A DNA stretch of 64,000 bases from an uncultured delta proteobacterium (GCA_963778655.1 CAVZVA010000009.1:768001-832000), one strand, 5' to 3'; positions 37,080-46,507 are shown, counted from the first letter of the stretch. Numbers and translations: made by a program. The notes: generated by a model from the letters alone, not told the origin.

Positions 37080-37277
37080 CTACTTCTTGGAGTCGTTGGC
37101 CGCGGCGGCAAGCGGAAGCTGTCCGGGCAGCTCTGCCTGGTGACGCTCCAGCACCAGGTCGATGCCTTCGCGGATATAGACCGCGACCGGCACCTTGGTG
37201 CGCTCGTGGAGCAGCTTGAGGCGCTCGTTCTGCTCCGCGGTGATGTAGATCGTGGTCGAGATCTTCTTGCGAGCCAT
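37080..37277 (-). CDS. Ribbon-helix-helix DNA-binding protein
   Basis: KISTTIYIT beta strand plus two helices (...PVAVYIREGIDLVL); GAAGGA RBS. Confidence 0.8.
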   Translation of the reverse strand: MARKKISTTIYITAEQNERLKLLHERTKVPVAVYIREGIDLVLERHQAELPGQLPLAAAANDSKK

Positions 37278-37333
37278 CGTCCTTCGCTTCTCGAAGCCGG
37301 GAAGGGCCCGGCGGCGCCTTGAGGGTGACTGTG

Positions 37334-37362
37334 AACGTACATGGCACCATACATATTGTCAA
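37334..37362 (-). promoter_or_regulatory. Sigma70-type promoter for the RHH gene (and possibly lepA)
   Basis: TTGACA-N17-TACGTT on the minus strand. Confidence 0.65.
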
Positions 37363-37462
37363 TCTTGCAGGCTTGTGGGTGCCCCGGGGGCCCGGTATGC
37401 TGTCGCCGCCCGCTGCGTCCGCGGGTTTCCGGCATCCGCGGAGCCGGGGAGGCATGCGCGCG

Positions 37463-38458
37463 ATGCTCAGGTGGCTCGCAATTTCCAGTGTTATTCTGGC
37501 TAGTTATGGGCTCCAGGGGTGCGGTGGGTCGCAGGCGGCGGAGGCCACCACGGGGGGCCTGGTCGCGCGCAAGCTCGAGCCGCTGAAGCGCCAGCGCTGC
37601 GAGGGTGAGCCGGAGAAGCTGGAGGACGCCAACGGCGACGGCCTGGCCGACCTGCGCCACGTGTTCGACGGCACGACGCCCAAGTGCGACGAGATCGACC
37701 TGAACTTCGACGGCCACATCGACCTGAGCCGCTTCTACGACAAGGGCCGCGTTTCGCTCGAGCAGTACGATCTCGATTTCGATGGCCGGCTCGACGAGCA
37801 GTCGTTCTACCAGGGAGGCCAGCTCGTGCGCCGCGAGCTCGATACCGACTTCGATCGCATGATCGACACCTGGGTGTACTGCGACGGCGCGTTCATCGGC
37901 CGGCTCGAGCGCGCGCGCCACCACCACGGTCGTGTCGACACCTGGGAACAGTACAGGCACGGCCTGCTCGTGGCCGCCGAGTACGACGACAACAACGACG
38001 GCCGCCCCGACCGCTGGGAGACCTATCAGGCAGGCAAGCTGGCGAAGATCGACTACGACACCAACCTCGACGGCAAGCCTGACCGCAGCGACAGCGATTT
38101 CGGCGGCGAGGGCACCGTGCCCGATCCGGCCGGCTGCAACGGGCCGCTAGCGCCCGGCGTGGCTGCGGCGGCGAAGGACACGGCGATAAAGGAGGCGGCG
38201 GTTGCGGCTGCGCCGGTGGCTGCGCCTGCGGCTGAGGTGGCGCCGGTGGCGCCCGCTGCGGGGGCTTCTGCGACTACGACCACGACCACGACTACGACCA
38301 CGACTACGGCGGCGGCGGCGGTGCCCGCGAGCACGGCTGCGGCTGCGCCTATGGCGCCGGCGGCGGACATGGCTGCGGCTGCGCCCGCGGCGGCTGCGCC
38401 TGCGGCTCCCGCGGCGAGCACGAGCGCGGCGGCCGCAGCGCAGGGAGGCACGCCGTGA
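37463..38458 (+). CDS. Lipoprotein with tandem DxDxDG-type repeats and Ala/Thr-rich tail
   Basis: LQGC lipobox; ~22-aa periodic DANGDG, DLNFDG, DLDFDG, DDNNDG, DTNLDG. Confidence 0.8.
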   Translation: MLRWLAISSVILASYGLQGCGGSQAAEATTGGLVARKLEPLKRQRCEGEPEKLEDANGDGLADLRHVFDGTTPKCDEIDLNFDGHIDLSRFYDKGRVSLEQYDLDFDGRLDEQSFYQGGQLVRRELDTDFDRMIDTWVYCDGAFIGRLERARHHHGRVDTWEQYRHGLLVAAEYDDNNDGRPDRWETYQAGKLAKIDYDTNLDGKPDRSDSDFGGEGTVPDPAGCNGPLAPGVAAAAKDTAIKEAAVAAAPVAAPAAEVAPVAPAAGASATTTTTTTTTTTTAAAAVPASTAAAAPMAPAADMAAAAPAAAAPAAPAASTSAAAAAQGGTP

Positions 38459-39282
38459 TCGCGGCTTTTGGAGCTCGGGTCGCGTGTGGGTTGGGTGTGC
38501 TGCTCGCCGTCGGCCTGGCCGCCTGCGGTGGGACCCAGGCCAAGGCCAAGGCCGGAACCACGGCGCGCGCGGTCTCGCTCGCGGACGACAGCAAGGGCTC
38601 GGGCGGTGAGCGCTGCGATGCCACCAAGCCCGGGCGCGAGCAGAGCGAGTACGACACCACCGGCGACGGCGTGCCCGACGTGCGCAAGGTCTTCCTGAGC
38701 ATCGGCAGCGGCGGCGAGACGCGGCTGGTCACCATTTGCCGCGAGACCGACGTCAACGGCGATGGCAAGAAGGACGTCATCCGCTACTACGACGACGAGG
38801 GCCGCTCGTTGCGTGAAGAGGCCGACCGCAACTTCGACGGGCATATGGACCAGCTCGTGATCTACGAGAACGGCCAGATCGTGCGCGAGGAGCTGGACAC
38901 CAACTATGACGGGAAGATCGACACCAAGATCTTCTACGAGGACGGCAAGCCGCTGCGCGCCGAGCGCGATCTCAGTGGCCACAGCACCGCCACCCAGTGG
39001 AAGCCCGACCGCTGGGAGTACTACGAAGAAGGCAAGATGGTGCGCATGGGGACCGATCTGAACGGCGACGGCCGCGTCGACCGCTGGGATCGCGACCTCG
39101 ACTTCAAGAGCAAAGAAGACAAGCAGACCGCAGCCGACACCGCGGCCGCGGCCGAGGGTACGGCGACCGAGGCCGCACCCTCGGACGAAGGCGCGGCGAC
39201 CGGCCCGCAGTCGGCCAACGCCACAACCAAACCGGCGGCCGCGGAGAGCGCGGCCAAGACCACGGCCAAGACCGGGCAGTAG
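38455..39282 (+). CDS. Second lipoprotein with tandem DxDxDG-type repeats
   Basis: LAAC lipobox; DTTGDG, DVNGDG, DRNFDG, DTNYDG, DLNGDG; GTGA overlap. Confidence 0.82.
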   Translation: MIAAFGARVACGLGVLLAVGLAACGGTQAKAKAGTTARAVSLADDSKGSGGERCDATKPGREQSEYDTTGDGVPDVRKVFLSIGSGGETRLVTICRETDVNGDGKKDVIRYYDDEGRSLREEADRNFDGHMDQLVIYENGQIVREELDTNYDGKIDTKIFYEDGKPLRAERDLSGHSTATQWKPDRWEYYEEGKMVRMGTDLNGDGRVDRWDRDLDFKSKEDKQTAADTAAAAEGTATEAAPSDEGAATGPQSANATTKPAAAESAAKTTAKTGQ

Positions 39283-39323
39283 CGCCCCCACACGGGGTGC
39301 GTGCCGGTTCTGTAGCCATCGCC

Positions 39324-40337
39324 ATGGCGAGCGAACGCGTTCAGAAGATCCTCGCGGGCGCGGGTGTGGCCTCGCGCCGCGCCGCAGAGCGGCTGATCGC
39401 GCAGGGCAGGGTGCGGGTCAACGGCCGCATCGTCACCGAGCTCGGTACCAAGGCCGACCCCGGGCGCGACCGCGTGGAGCTCGACGGCAAGCGCGTGGTG
39501 GTGCAGCACCCCGTGTATTACCTGCTGCACAAGCCGCGCGAGGTGGTGACCACGCTCTCCGATCCCGAGCAGCGCGAGAGCGTGGCTGACCTGATGAAGC
39601 GCGTGCCCGAGCGCGTGTTCCCGGTGGGCCGCCTCGACTACCACACCAGCGGCGCGCTGCTGATGACCAACGACGGCGAGATGGCGCAGGCGCTGCTCCA
39701 TCCCCGCAAGCAGGTGCCGAAGGTGTACGTCGCCAAGCTCAAGGGTGCGCTGCCGCTGCCGCACTTGCAGGCCCTGCGCCAGGGCGTCGAGCTCGACGGC
39801 GGCGAGAAGACGCGCGAGGCCGAGGTGCTGGTGCTGCGCGAGGAGCGCGGCAACACCTGGCTCCAGCTCACCATCACCGAAGGCAAGAACCGCCAGATCC
39901 ACCGCATGGCCGAGGCGCTCGGCCACCGCGTGATGCGCCTTTCGCGCCTCTCCTTCGCCGGCCTCAGCGCCGACGGCCTGCGCCCGGGCCAATACCGCCC
40001 GCTCGACGAGGCCGAGGTCGCCAAGCTCAAGCGCGACTACCTGAACCCCAGCAAGCGCGACAAACGCGAGCAAGCGCGCGCGCGCCGCAGGGGGCAAGTC
40101 GACACGGCCGAGCCAGCGCCTGTTTGCCGGCAAGGCGCAAGCGGCACGCCCAAGCGCACGCCCACCCCCGCGCGTGCAACGGCCGCGCCGTGGCCCGGCG
40201 CACAACCGCCCCGCGGCAAGCGCACCGGCCGCCAGCGCGCCGCAGCGCCACCGGCGAAGAAGCCTCCCCAACCGCGGGGCAAAACGCGCCAACCGGCGCG
40301 GCGCAAGCCCAAGCCCCCGTCCCGCGGCCGCCGGTGA
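39324..40337 (+). CDS. rluB: rRNA pseudouridine synthase (RsuA/RluB family) with basic C-terminal tail
   Basis: ERVQKILAGAGVASRR S4 domain, FPVGRLD, EGKNRQI. Confidence 0.85.
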   Translation: MASERVQKILAGAGVASRRAAERLIAQGRVRVNGRIVTELGTKADPGRDRVELDGKRVVVQHPVYYLLHKPREVVTTLSDPEQRESVADLMKRVPERVFPVGRLDYHTSGALLMTNDGEMAQALLHPRKQVPKVYVAKLKGALPLPHLQALRQGVELDGGEKTREAEVLVLREERGNTWLQLTITEGKNRQIHRMAEALGHRVMRLSRLSFAGLSADGLRPGQYRPLDEAEVAKLKRDYLNPSKRDKREQARARRRGQVDTAEPAPVCRQGASGTPKRTPTPARATAAPWPGAQPPRGKRTGRQRAAAPPAKKPPQPRGKTRQPARRKPKPPSRGRR

Positions 40338-40343
40338 AACAAG

Positions 40344-40371
40344 TTGACACCGGCCCGCCGCGCCGTAGACT
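40344..40371 (+). promoter_or_regulatory. Sigma70-type promoter of the tRNA gene
   Basis: TTGACA-N16-TAGACT, 14 nt upstream of the tRNA. Confidence 0.7.
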
Positions 40372-40385
40372 GCCCTCCCACTCAT

Positions 40386-40440
<55 letters not shown>

Positions 40441-40459
<19 letters not shown>

Positions 40460-41517
40460 CCGACGGTCACTAATGACCCGAAAGCCCTCGCCGAACTCTC
40501 GGCGGGGGCTTTTCGCTTCCGTCGAGCCGGAGGCACGGCCAACGGCAGGATTTCGGACCTGCCCAGGTACGAGGCGTCGGCCTGGGGCTCCATGACGATG
40601 CGGCCGTCCTTGAGGAAGTGGCTGCGCAGGAACTCTCGGAAGCCAGTCGGGTCTTGAGCAACACGGGCTTCCAGGTCCATCGCCAGGGCGCGTACCTCGT
40701 CGGGGCTAGGAAGCCTGGGCGCCTCCGGCGTCCTCGTCACGATGGTGGCCAGCCGAGCTTCGAGTGCACCCTTCCTCGCGGACGCTTCCGCCACTGCTTC
40801 ACGGATCGTGTCCTTGCTCGCAGCGTCGTCGGTGGTGGCGATGAACTTCATCAACCGTTTGATCTCCACGCTGCACTCGGCAAGCTCTCGCTCCAAACGT
40901 TCACGCTCCGAGTCGGAATGCTTCACGAGCTGTCGGGCTTGGCGTTCGACGTCGGCACGCAGGTCGGCCCAGAGCTGTTCGTTGCTCAGCACCACTCGTA
41001 GTTGTGTGAACGCGGCGTCACGCAGGAAGTCCTCGCGAACAAGTGCCGAGTTCTCGCAGGTGCCAGCCGAGTGGTAACGGTTGCACGAGTAGTAGTGCCG
41101 TGGAGCACCGCCAACATGCACCATGCGTGAGCCGCAGACGGAGCAATGAAGCAGCCCAGAGAACGGGTGTTGTGTACGCTTCCCGGTGGCCTTCCGCTCT
41201 CCAACGTCCTTGCGACGAGCGTTTGCGGCATCGAACAGTTCGGTGGGTACGATTGCGAGGTCGGGGCGGTAGTCCCGCTGAACATCTTCATCAGGACGCT
41301 GCACGTAGCGTCGCTTTCCCGTCAGAGGATCGCGACGCCATTCCCGTTCGCCGAAGGTGAACTCGCCGACGTAGGTGCGGTTCTGGATCATCGCTGCGAC
41401 AGTTCCCTTCCTCCACATCTTTGGTGCACGTCGCTTCGACTTCGCCCTGGGAGGTTCGACACCTTCGCGATTCAGGGTCGTGGCAATCGCAAGGTACGAC
41501 TGGCCGGACACGTACAA
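40441..41517 (-). pseudogene. Large serine recombinase, catalytic N-terminal domain missing
   Basis: IATTLNREG, W...TV..MIQNRTYVG, AIVPTELF, FSGLLHCSVCGSRM and YYSC zinc ribbon, coiled coil; truncated at the IS3 end; stop codon lies in the tRNA T-loop. Confidence 0.85.
40479..40515 (+). terminator. Intrinsic terminator downstream of the tRNA
   Basis: AAAGCCCTCGCCGA-ACTC-TCGGCGGGGGCTTTT. Confidence 0.75.
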
Positions 41518-41526
41518 CTCGAAGAT

Positions 41527-42270
41527 TGAGGTGGACCCTATCGTTCGGACCAGCGCGACCGGTGGCTAGGGAGGAGTCTGCTCTGGGTTGATCACGAACA
41601 TCTTCGTCGTCGTCTTGGTTCTATCAGCGGAATGCGTCGGTCGTCCAGAGTCTCGGGGAGGCATCAGCGAGCGATCGAGGGGGGTCCAGGGGGGAGACTG
41701 ACAAGTCGTGGATACCCGGTGCAGCGCTGTGGATTGCGGTGGACATGCTCACGCCGCGATCGGCTTCATGGAGCGGTAGAAGGCATCCGGCGTCTGGTAG
41801 CCGAGCGCCTGGTGATCGCGATCGTGGTTGTAGTAGTCGAAGTAGCGACCGATGCCGGCGCGTGCTTCGATCAGATCGCAGTACGCGTGCAGGTACACCT
41901 CTTCGTACTTGAGCGAGCGCCACAGCCGCTCGACGAAGACGTTGTCCAAGCAGCGGCCCCGGCCATCCATGCTGATGCGCACGTCGGCGGCGCGCAGCAC
42001 GCTGGTGAATGCCTCGGCGGTGAACTGCGCGCCTTGGTCGGTGTTGAAGATCTCGGGCTTGCCGAAGCGCGCCATCGCCTCGTGCAGGGCCTCAACGCAG
42101 AAGCTGCTGTCGAGCGTGTTGGACAGCCGCCACGACAGCACGCGGCGGCTGTGCCAGTCGATGATCGCCACCAGATAGCCGAACCCTCGATCGAGCGGGA
42201 TGTACGTGATGTCCGTAGCCCACACCTGGTTGACCCGAGAAATCTCGCCCCCCAGAGAATCGATCCCGGG
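41527..42270 (-). mobile_element. IS3-family remnant (right end plus DDE core, ORF 41749-42225)
   Basis: WATDITYI, IDWHSR, NTDQGAQF, DNVFVERLWRSLKYE; terminus TGAGGTGGACCC at 41527. Confidence 0.85.
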
Positions 42271-42351
42271 TAATCGAAAGTCTGTCCAGCGTCGGGCGCT
42301 ACGTGGTGGCGGCCGTCGGCGGTGGCGGCCAGATCCGCCAGTGTGGGGCGC

Positions 42352-42714
42352 CTAACTGCCCGATTTCGCGTTGCCGGCGCCCGGCCCAGTTGTCGCACCC
42401 TCCTGCACGCGAGCGCCGTGCCGCTCGGCCAGCTTGCAGTACCGGCGCACCGTTCGGGGCGACAGCGACAGCCGCTGCGCCACCCGCTTCTTCGGCTCGC
42501 CTCCGAGCCACTGCCTGAGCACTTCCTTGACCTCGACCATCGTGACCTCCCGATAAGCCATCGCGCCTCCGGCACCGGCTGTACGCCGGCGCCGAGGGCC
42601 GCGCTGGGACTGGGTCACGCCAGGGGGCAATGGTTTTGAGAAACCACTCACCCCCAGGGGGTCATGCTTCTGAGAAACCGCTCATCGAGGGGGCAGTGGT
42701 TTTGAGAACCGACA
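42352..42714 (-). mobile_element. IS21-family left end with truncated istA (ATG 42561)
   Basis: MAYREVTMVEVKEVLRQW...TVRRY HTH; TG terminus at 42714; three ~29-bp subterminal repeats AGGGGGCAnTGGTTTTGAGAA at 42622, 42656, 42688. Confidence 0.8.
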
Positions 42715-42759
42715 CGGAGGTCGGCCATATCTCCGGGTGCAGTAGGTAGCGGAATTGGG

Positions 42760-43278
42760 GATACCCCCTAGGACGTCGCGGGCCGAGCCAGGCCGCGACG
42801 GCAGGTGATCGCTGTACCTTGCCGCGGCCTTGGTGCCGAGGCCGGCGTGCTCCGAGATTAGCTCGGGGCTCGCGTTCGCAGCCGTGGCGAACGCGACGCG
42901 CCCGGTCAGCACGACATCGTCGAGCTGGTAGTCCTCGGAGACGCTGGGCACGCCCTCCAGAAACGTCTTCCAGGCCACCATCGCCGTCCCGCGGGACATG
43001 CGCTGCTGGGTGCCGGCGGGTTGGGTCGAGATCCAGAGCGGGCCCTGCAGACGGCTTGCGTTGGCGAGCCAGCCTCCGCCCCGCGCCTCCTTGAGGTAGT
43101 CGGCGATCGCGTCTCGCGCCCGGTCGCTCATCACGAAGCGCCGCTCCCGGTACTTGTTGCCCTCGCATGGGCGCATGACGGGCTCCTGGACGACGTGGAT
43201 GCGGCTCGCCCTGGGGTCCTTCACGAGCTCCTCGATGTTGAGCCAGAGGGCCGCCCCGGTGCGTAGCGCGCCTGACCA
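42760..43278 (-). pseudogene. 5'-truncated paralog of the tyrosine-recombinase-like gene at 44237-44929
   Basis: WSGALR...LNIEELVKDP...ARDAIADYLK...GPLWIST...YQLDDVVLTGRV...EHAG...YSDHL align with the intact copy. Confidence 0.75.
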
Positions 43279-43291
43279 GGTGTGTGCGTCC

Positions 43292-43320
43292 TTGCCTCGT
43301 ACGGCAAAATGCCGTACAGT
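43292..43320 (+). promoter_or_regulatory. TA promoter with palindromic operator
   Basis: TTGCCT-N17-TACAGT; perfect inverted repeat GTACGGCA-AAA-TGCCGTAC at 43299-43317. Confidence 0.75.
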
Positions 43321-43325
43321 TTGGC

Positions 43326-43607
43326 GTGGCTCAGACCTCCTCGACGGCTCGCCTCGAAGCTCGTGTTCCAGCAAACGTCCACGCGCTGCTCAAGCGCGCT
43401 GCTGAGATCCAAGGTCGTACGCTGACCGATTTCGTCGTCGCAGCGGCGCACGATGCGGCGTGTCGGGCGATCGAGGAAGCGGAGGTCGTCCGCGTGTCGG
43501 TCGAAGATCAGCGCCGGCTCGCCAACGCGCTGTTGAAGCCGCCGCGACCCGCGGCGGCGCTGCGTCGCGCGTTCCGGCGCCGCCGTTCCTTGCTCGGCAC
43601 GAAGTGA
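43326..43607 (+). CDS. DUF1778 (TacA/AtaR-like) RHH antitoxin
   Basis: ARLEARV...LKRAAEIQGRTLTDFVV.AA...PPRP..ALRRA. Confidence 0.9.
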   Translation: MAQTSSTARLEARVPANVHALLKRAAEIQGRTLTDFVVAAAHDAACRAIEEAEVVRVSVEDQRRLANALLKPPRPAAALRRAFRRRRSLLGTK

Positions 43608-44131
43608 GCCCGCCTTTTCGCGTCGAGCCGCTCGGCGATCACGAGCGGGCCGAGTTCTCCTGCGGAAGCGAACCGCTCGATCGGTACTTCAAGACGCAGG
43701 TCAGCCAGGACATCCGCCGTCACGTGGCCAACTGCTTCGTGGCCGTCGAGGCATCCACCGCAACGGTCGCCGGCTACTACACGCTCTCAGCAGCGAGCAT
43801 TGCGATTTCGGAACTTCCGCCCGCGACGGTGAAGCGATTGCCGCGCTATCCAACGATACCCGCCGTTCGGATTGGCAGGCTCGCCGTCGGTGAGCCGTTT
43901 CAGGGACGAGGGCTGGGCGCGGCGCTTCTCGCCGATGCCCTCGGGCGTGCCATCGCCTCAGATGTCGCCGCTTTTGCGCTGCTCGTCGATGCGAAGAACG
44001 AGCAGGCCGTGTCGTTCTACAAGCATCATGGCTTCGAGCAGTTCGAGAGCCAACCGCGCACCCTGTTCCTTCCTTTGGCCACCGCGAAAAGAGCTTCGGT
44101 GGCGACGCGACGCAAACCGCCGAGCCGTTGA
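43604..44131 (+). CDS. GNAT acetyltransferase toxin (TacT/AtaT-like)
   Basis: FSCGSEPLDRYF, GYYTL, PAVRIGRLAV, QGRGLG, VDAKNEQA..FY...GF; GTGA overlap with antitoxin. Confidence 0.9.
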   Translation: MSPPFRVEPLGDHERAEFSCGSEPLDRYFKTQVSQDIRRHVANCFVAVEASTATVAGYYTLSAASIAISELPPATVKRLPRYPTIPAVRIGRLAVGEPFQGRGLGAALLADALGRAIASDVAAFALLVDAKNEQAVSFYKHHGFEQFESQPRTLFLPLATAKRASVATRRKPPSR

Positions 44132-44236
44132 GGCGAATCGCGCAATCAGCGCATCGGCCGGGCAGTCACCGAGCTCGCGAAACAGCTCGCGACGATGACG
44201 CCATCCACGATTGTCCTGCGGTTGCAGTCGCCCACT

Positions 44237-44929
44237 CTAGCCGCTCTTTCGCTTGGCTTTCTGCCCGAGCTGCGAGATGACATCGCGAGCCACGTCCCGA
44301 GCGCTGCTCTCGGGAGAGCTGAGATGGTCGCTGTAGTGCCCCGCCCACTTGGACGAGATGCCTGCATGTTCGGCCAGGATCTCCGCGGCGCGGCTCCCCT
44401 TCACCCGCCGCATGAATTCGACCCGAGCCGTGAGCATGACGTCGTCGAGCTGGTACTCCTGAGAGAGCCCGCTCAGACCCTGCTGGAGTGTGTGCCAGGC
44501 CTGCGTGGCGGTCCGTTGCGACATGCGCTGTTGAGTGCCGTGATGGTGCGTGGAGATCCAAAGCGGACCTTCGAGACGCTTCGAGCTCGCCAGCCAGCCA
44601 TCCCTGCGAGCGACCTTGAGATAGTCGGCGATCGCGTCACGGGCGCGAGGGCTGATCAGAAACGGCCGTGGCCGGTATTGCGTGGCCTCGGAGGACCGCA
44701 GCACGGCCTCGTCGAGCACATGGATGCGGCTCGCCACAGGGTCCTTGACGACATCCTCGATGTTGAGCGCGACGGCAAGCCCGGGCCGCAGTGCGCCGTC
44801 CCACAATAGATACATGAATGCGCGAGTACGCAGATCCAAGAAGTCATCGGTTTCCGTGCCGCGCTCGAGCGCCGCAAGCAGCCGGTTCTGGTCACGCGCC
44901 TCGATAATAATGGGCTTTCGTGTCCGCAT
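44237..44929 (-). CDS. Stand-alone tyrosine-recombinase catalytic-fold protein with altered active site
   Basis: RTRAFMYLLWDGALR...LNIEDV (box I), PLWIS...RMSQR, terminal HYSDH; HxxR replaced by DDVM. Confidence 0.7.
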   Translation of the reverse strand: MRTRKPIIIEARDQNRLLAALERGTETDDFLDLRTRAFMYLLWDGALRPGLAVALNIEDVVKDPVASRIHVLDEAVLRSSEATQYRPRPFLISPRARDAIADYLKVARRDGWLASSKRLEGPLWISTHHHGTQQRMSQRTATQAWHTLQQGLSGLSQEYQLDDVMLTARVEFMRRVKGSRAAEILAEHAGISSKWAGHYSDHLSSPESSARDVARDVISQLGQKAKRKSG

Positions 44930-44937
44930 GGTTTTCC

Positions 44938-44966
44938 ATTTTACTCGCTTTTAGGCATAGATTCAA
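44938..44966 (-). promoter_or_regulatory. Sigma70-type promoter giving a near-leaderless transcript
   Basis: TTGAAT-N17-TAAAAT ending 8 nt before ATG 44929. Confidence 0.65.
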
Positions 44967-45017
44967 GCGGTCGCTCCCTGCTGGCGATCTGCTATTGCTA
45001 TTCGATAGAGATTTTCG

Positions 45018-46443
45018 GGCTCTCCTGACGCATGAGTGGGCGCGCGTTGCGTGAGTGGGGCGCGGGAAGTGGCTTGAAAAGCAGGGGGCTGCGAGGGGCA
45101 CGAGCCCGTCGGCGGGGCCGGATTTCAGGCGCATGGCGAGGGCGGGGTACCTTCGGGTTGCGACACCAACGGAGGTCCGCCACCCGCCATGCAATTGACG
45201 AAGGTACTGACGATCATCCTGGGAATGAAGTGCGTTCGAGCCCGAGGTTGCCAATTCGAGGAGGACACCCTGGTGATCCAGGTCGCGCCCACCACGCGGG
45301 TCGCCCGGTGCGGCGGCTGCGGGTGCCGCTGCCGGCGGCTGTACGATCGTCGGCCCGATCGTCGCTGGCGGCACCTGGACCTCGGAGGCATGCGGGTCGA
45401 GCTGAGCTACGACCTGCGCCGTGTGGACTGCACCCGCTGCGGCGTGTGCACCGAGCTCGTGCCCTGGGCCGAGCCCGACTCGGCGTTCACGCGCCCCTTC
45501 GAGCAGCAGGTCGCCTACCTGGCGCAACGCATGGACGAGAGCGCGGTCGTCGAGCTGATGGGCATCGCCTGGCGCACTGTCGGCAGCATCGTCGAGCGCG
45601 TGGTCAAGCGGCTCAGTCCCGATGACCGGCTCAGCGGACTGCGCACGATCGGCATCGACGAGCTCAGCTACCGCCGCCACCATCAGTACGTCACCATCGT
45701 CACCGACCACGACAGCGGTAAGATCGTCTGGGCGCACGAAGGCAAGAACGCCGAGACGCTCGACAAGTTCTTCACGGAGCTGGGCCCCGAACGCTGCGGG
45801 CAGCTCCGAGCGGTCACCATCGACATGTCGCAGCCGTACATCAAATCCGTCAAAGCGCATGCTCCGTACGCCGTGCTCGTGTTCGACCGCTTTCACGTCC
45901 AGCGGCTCGCACACGACGCGCTCGACAAGGTTCGCCGCGCGATGGTGGCCGAGCACCAGGACCGCGAGCAGCGTCGAGCGCTGAAGAACACGCGCTTCGT
46001 GTTGCAGAAGAACCCCGAGAACCTCTCCAGCCTCGAGCGCCGCAAGCTCGCCACCGTTCAGGCGACCAACCGTCCGCTCTACCGCGCCTACCTGCTCAAG
46101 GAGGCACTCGTCGATGTGCTCGACCGACGCCAGTACTTCGTAGCCCGCAATCAGCTCCTGGGCTGGCTGCAATGGGCGGCCCGCTCCAGACTCGAGCCCT
46201 TCGTCAAGGCCGGACGCACCATCCGCAAGCACATGCAGGGCATCCTCGCCTACGTCGACACCGGCCTCTCCAACGGCCGAGCCGAGGGTACCAACGGCAA
46301 GGTCCGCGTGCTCACGCGACCTGCCTACGGCTTTCACAGCGCAAAGAGCCTCATCGCGTTGCTCTTCCTCTGCTGCTCGCTGCCCCGACTCGCCCCCGTG
46401 CGCGTCGTCCCGAATTCACGCCCACTCACGTGTTAGGAGAGCC
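45018..46443 (+). mobile_element. ISL3-family element, copy 1
   Basis: 25-bp terminal IRs GGCTCTCCTGACGCATGAGTGGGCG / GGCTCTCCTAACACGTGAGTGGGCG; no target duplication visible. Confidence 0.93.
45189..46436 (+). CDS. ISL3-family transposase
   Basis: CGGCG zinc finger, IGIDE, IDMS, FDRFHV, SNGRAEGTN, AYGF. Confidence 0.93.
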   Translation: MQLTKVLTIILGMKCVRARGCQFEEDTLVIQVAPTTRVARCGGCGCRCRRLYDRRPDRRWRHLDLGGMRVELSYDLRRVDCTRCGVCTELVPWAEPDSAFTRPFEQQVAYLAQRMDESAVVELMGIAWRTVGSIVERVVKRLSPDDRLSGLRTIGIDELSYRRHHQYVTIVTDHDSGKIVWAHEGKNAETLDKFFTELGPERCGQLRAVTIDMSQPYIKSVKAHAPYAVLVFDRFHVQRLAHDALDKVRRAMVAEHQDREQRRALKNTRFVLQKNPENLSSLERRKLATVQATNRPLYRAYLLKEALVDVLDRRQYFVARNQLLGWLQWAARSRLEPFVKAGRTIRKHMQGILAYVDTGLSNGRAEGTNGKVRVLTRPAYGFHSAKSLIALLFLCCSLPRLAPVRVVPNSRPLTC

Positions 46444-46507
46444 ATAAGATCTCGCCGCCGCGGGCGCAAACCGCAGGGCTGCAGCGGCAGGAGGCGGCAC
46501 CGGAGCT

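Noticed and set aside
42622..42714. Three ~29-bp direct repeats resembling a mini-CRISPR
   Set aside because: Spacers are only 3-5 bp, no cas genes, and the repeats end at a TG terminus upstream of istA, as expected for IS21 ends
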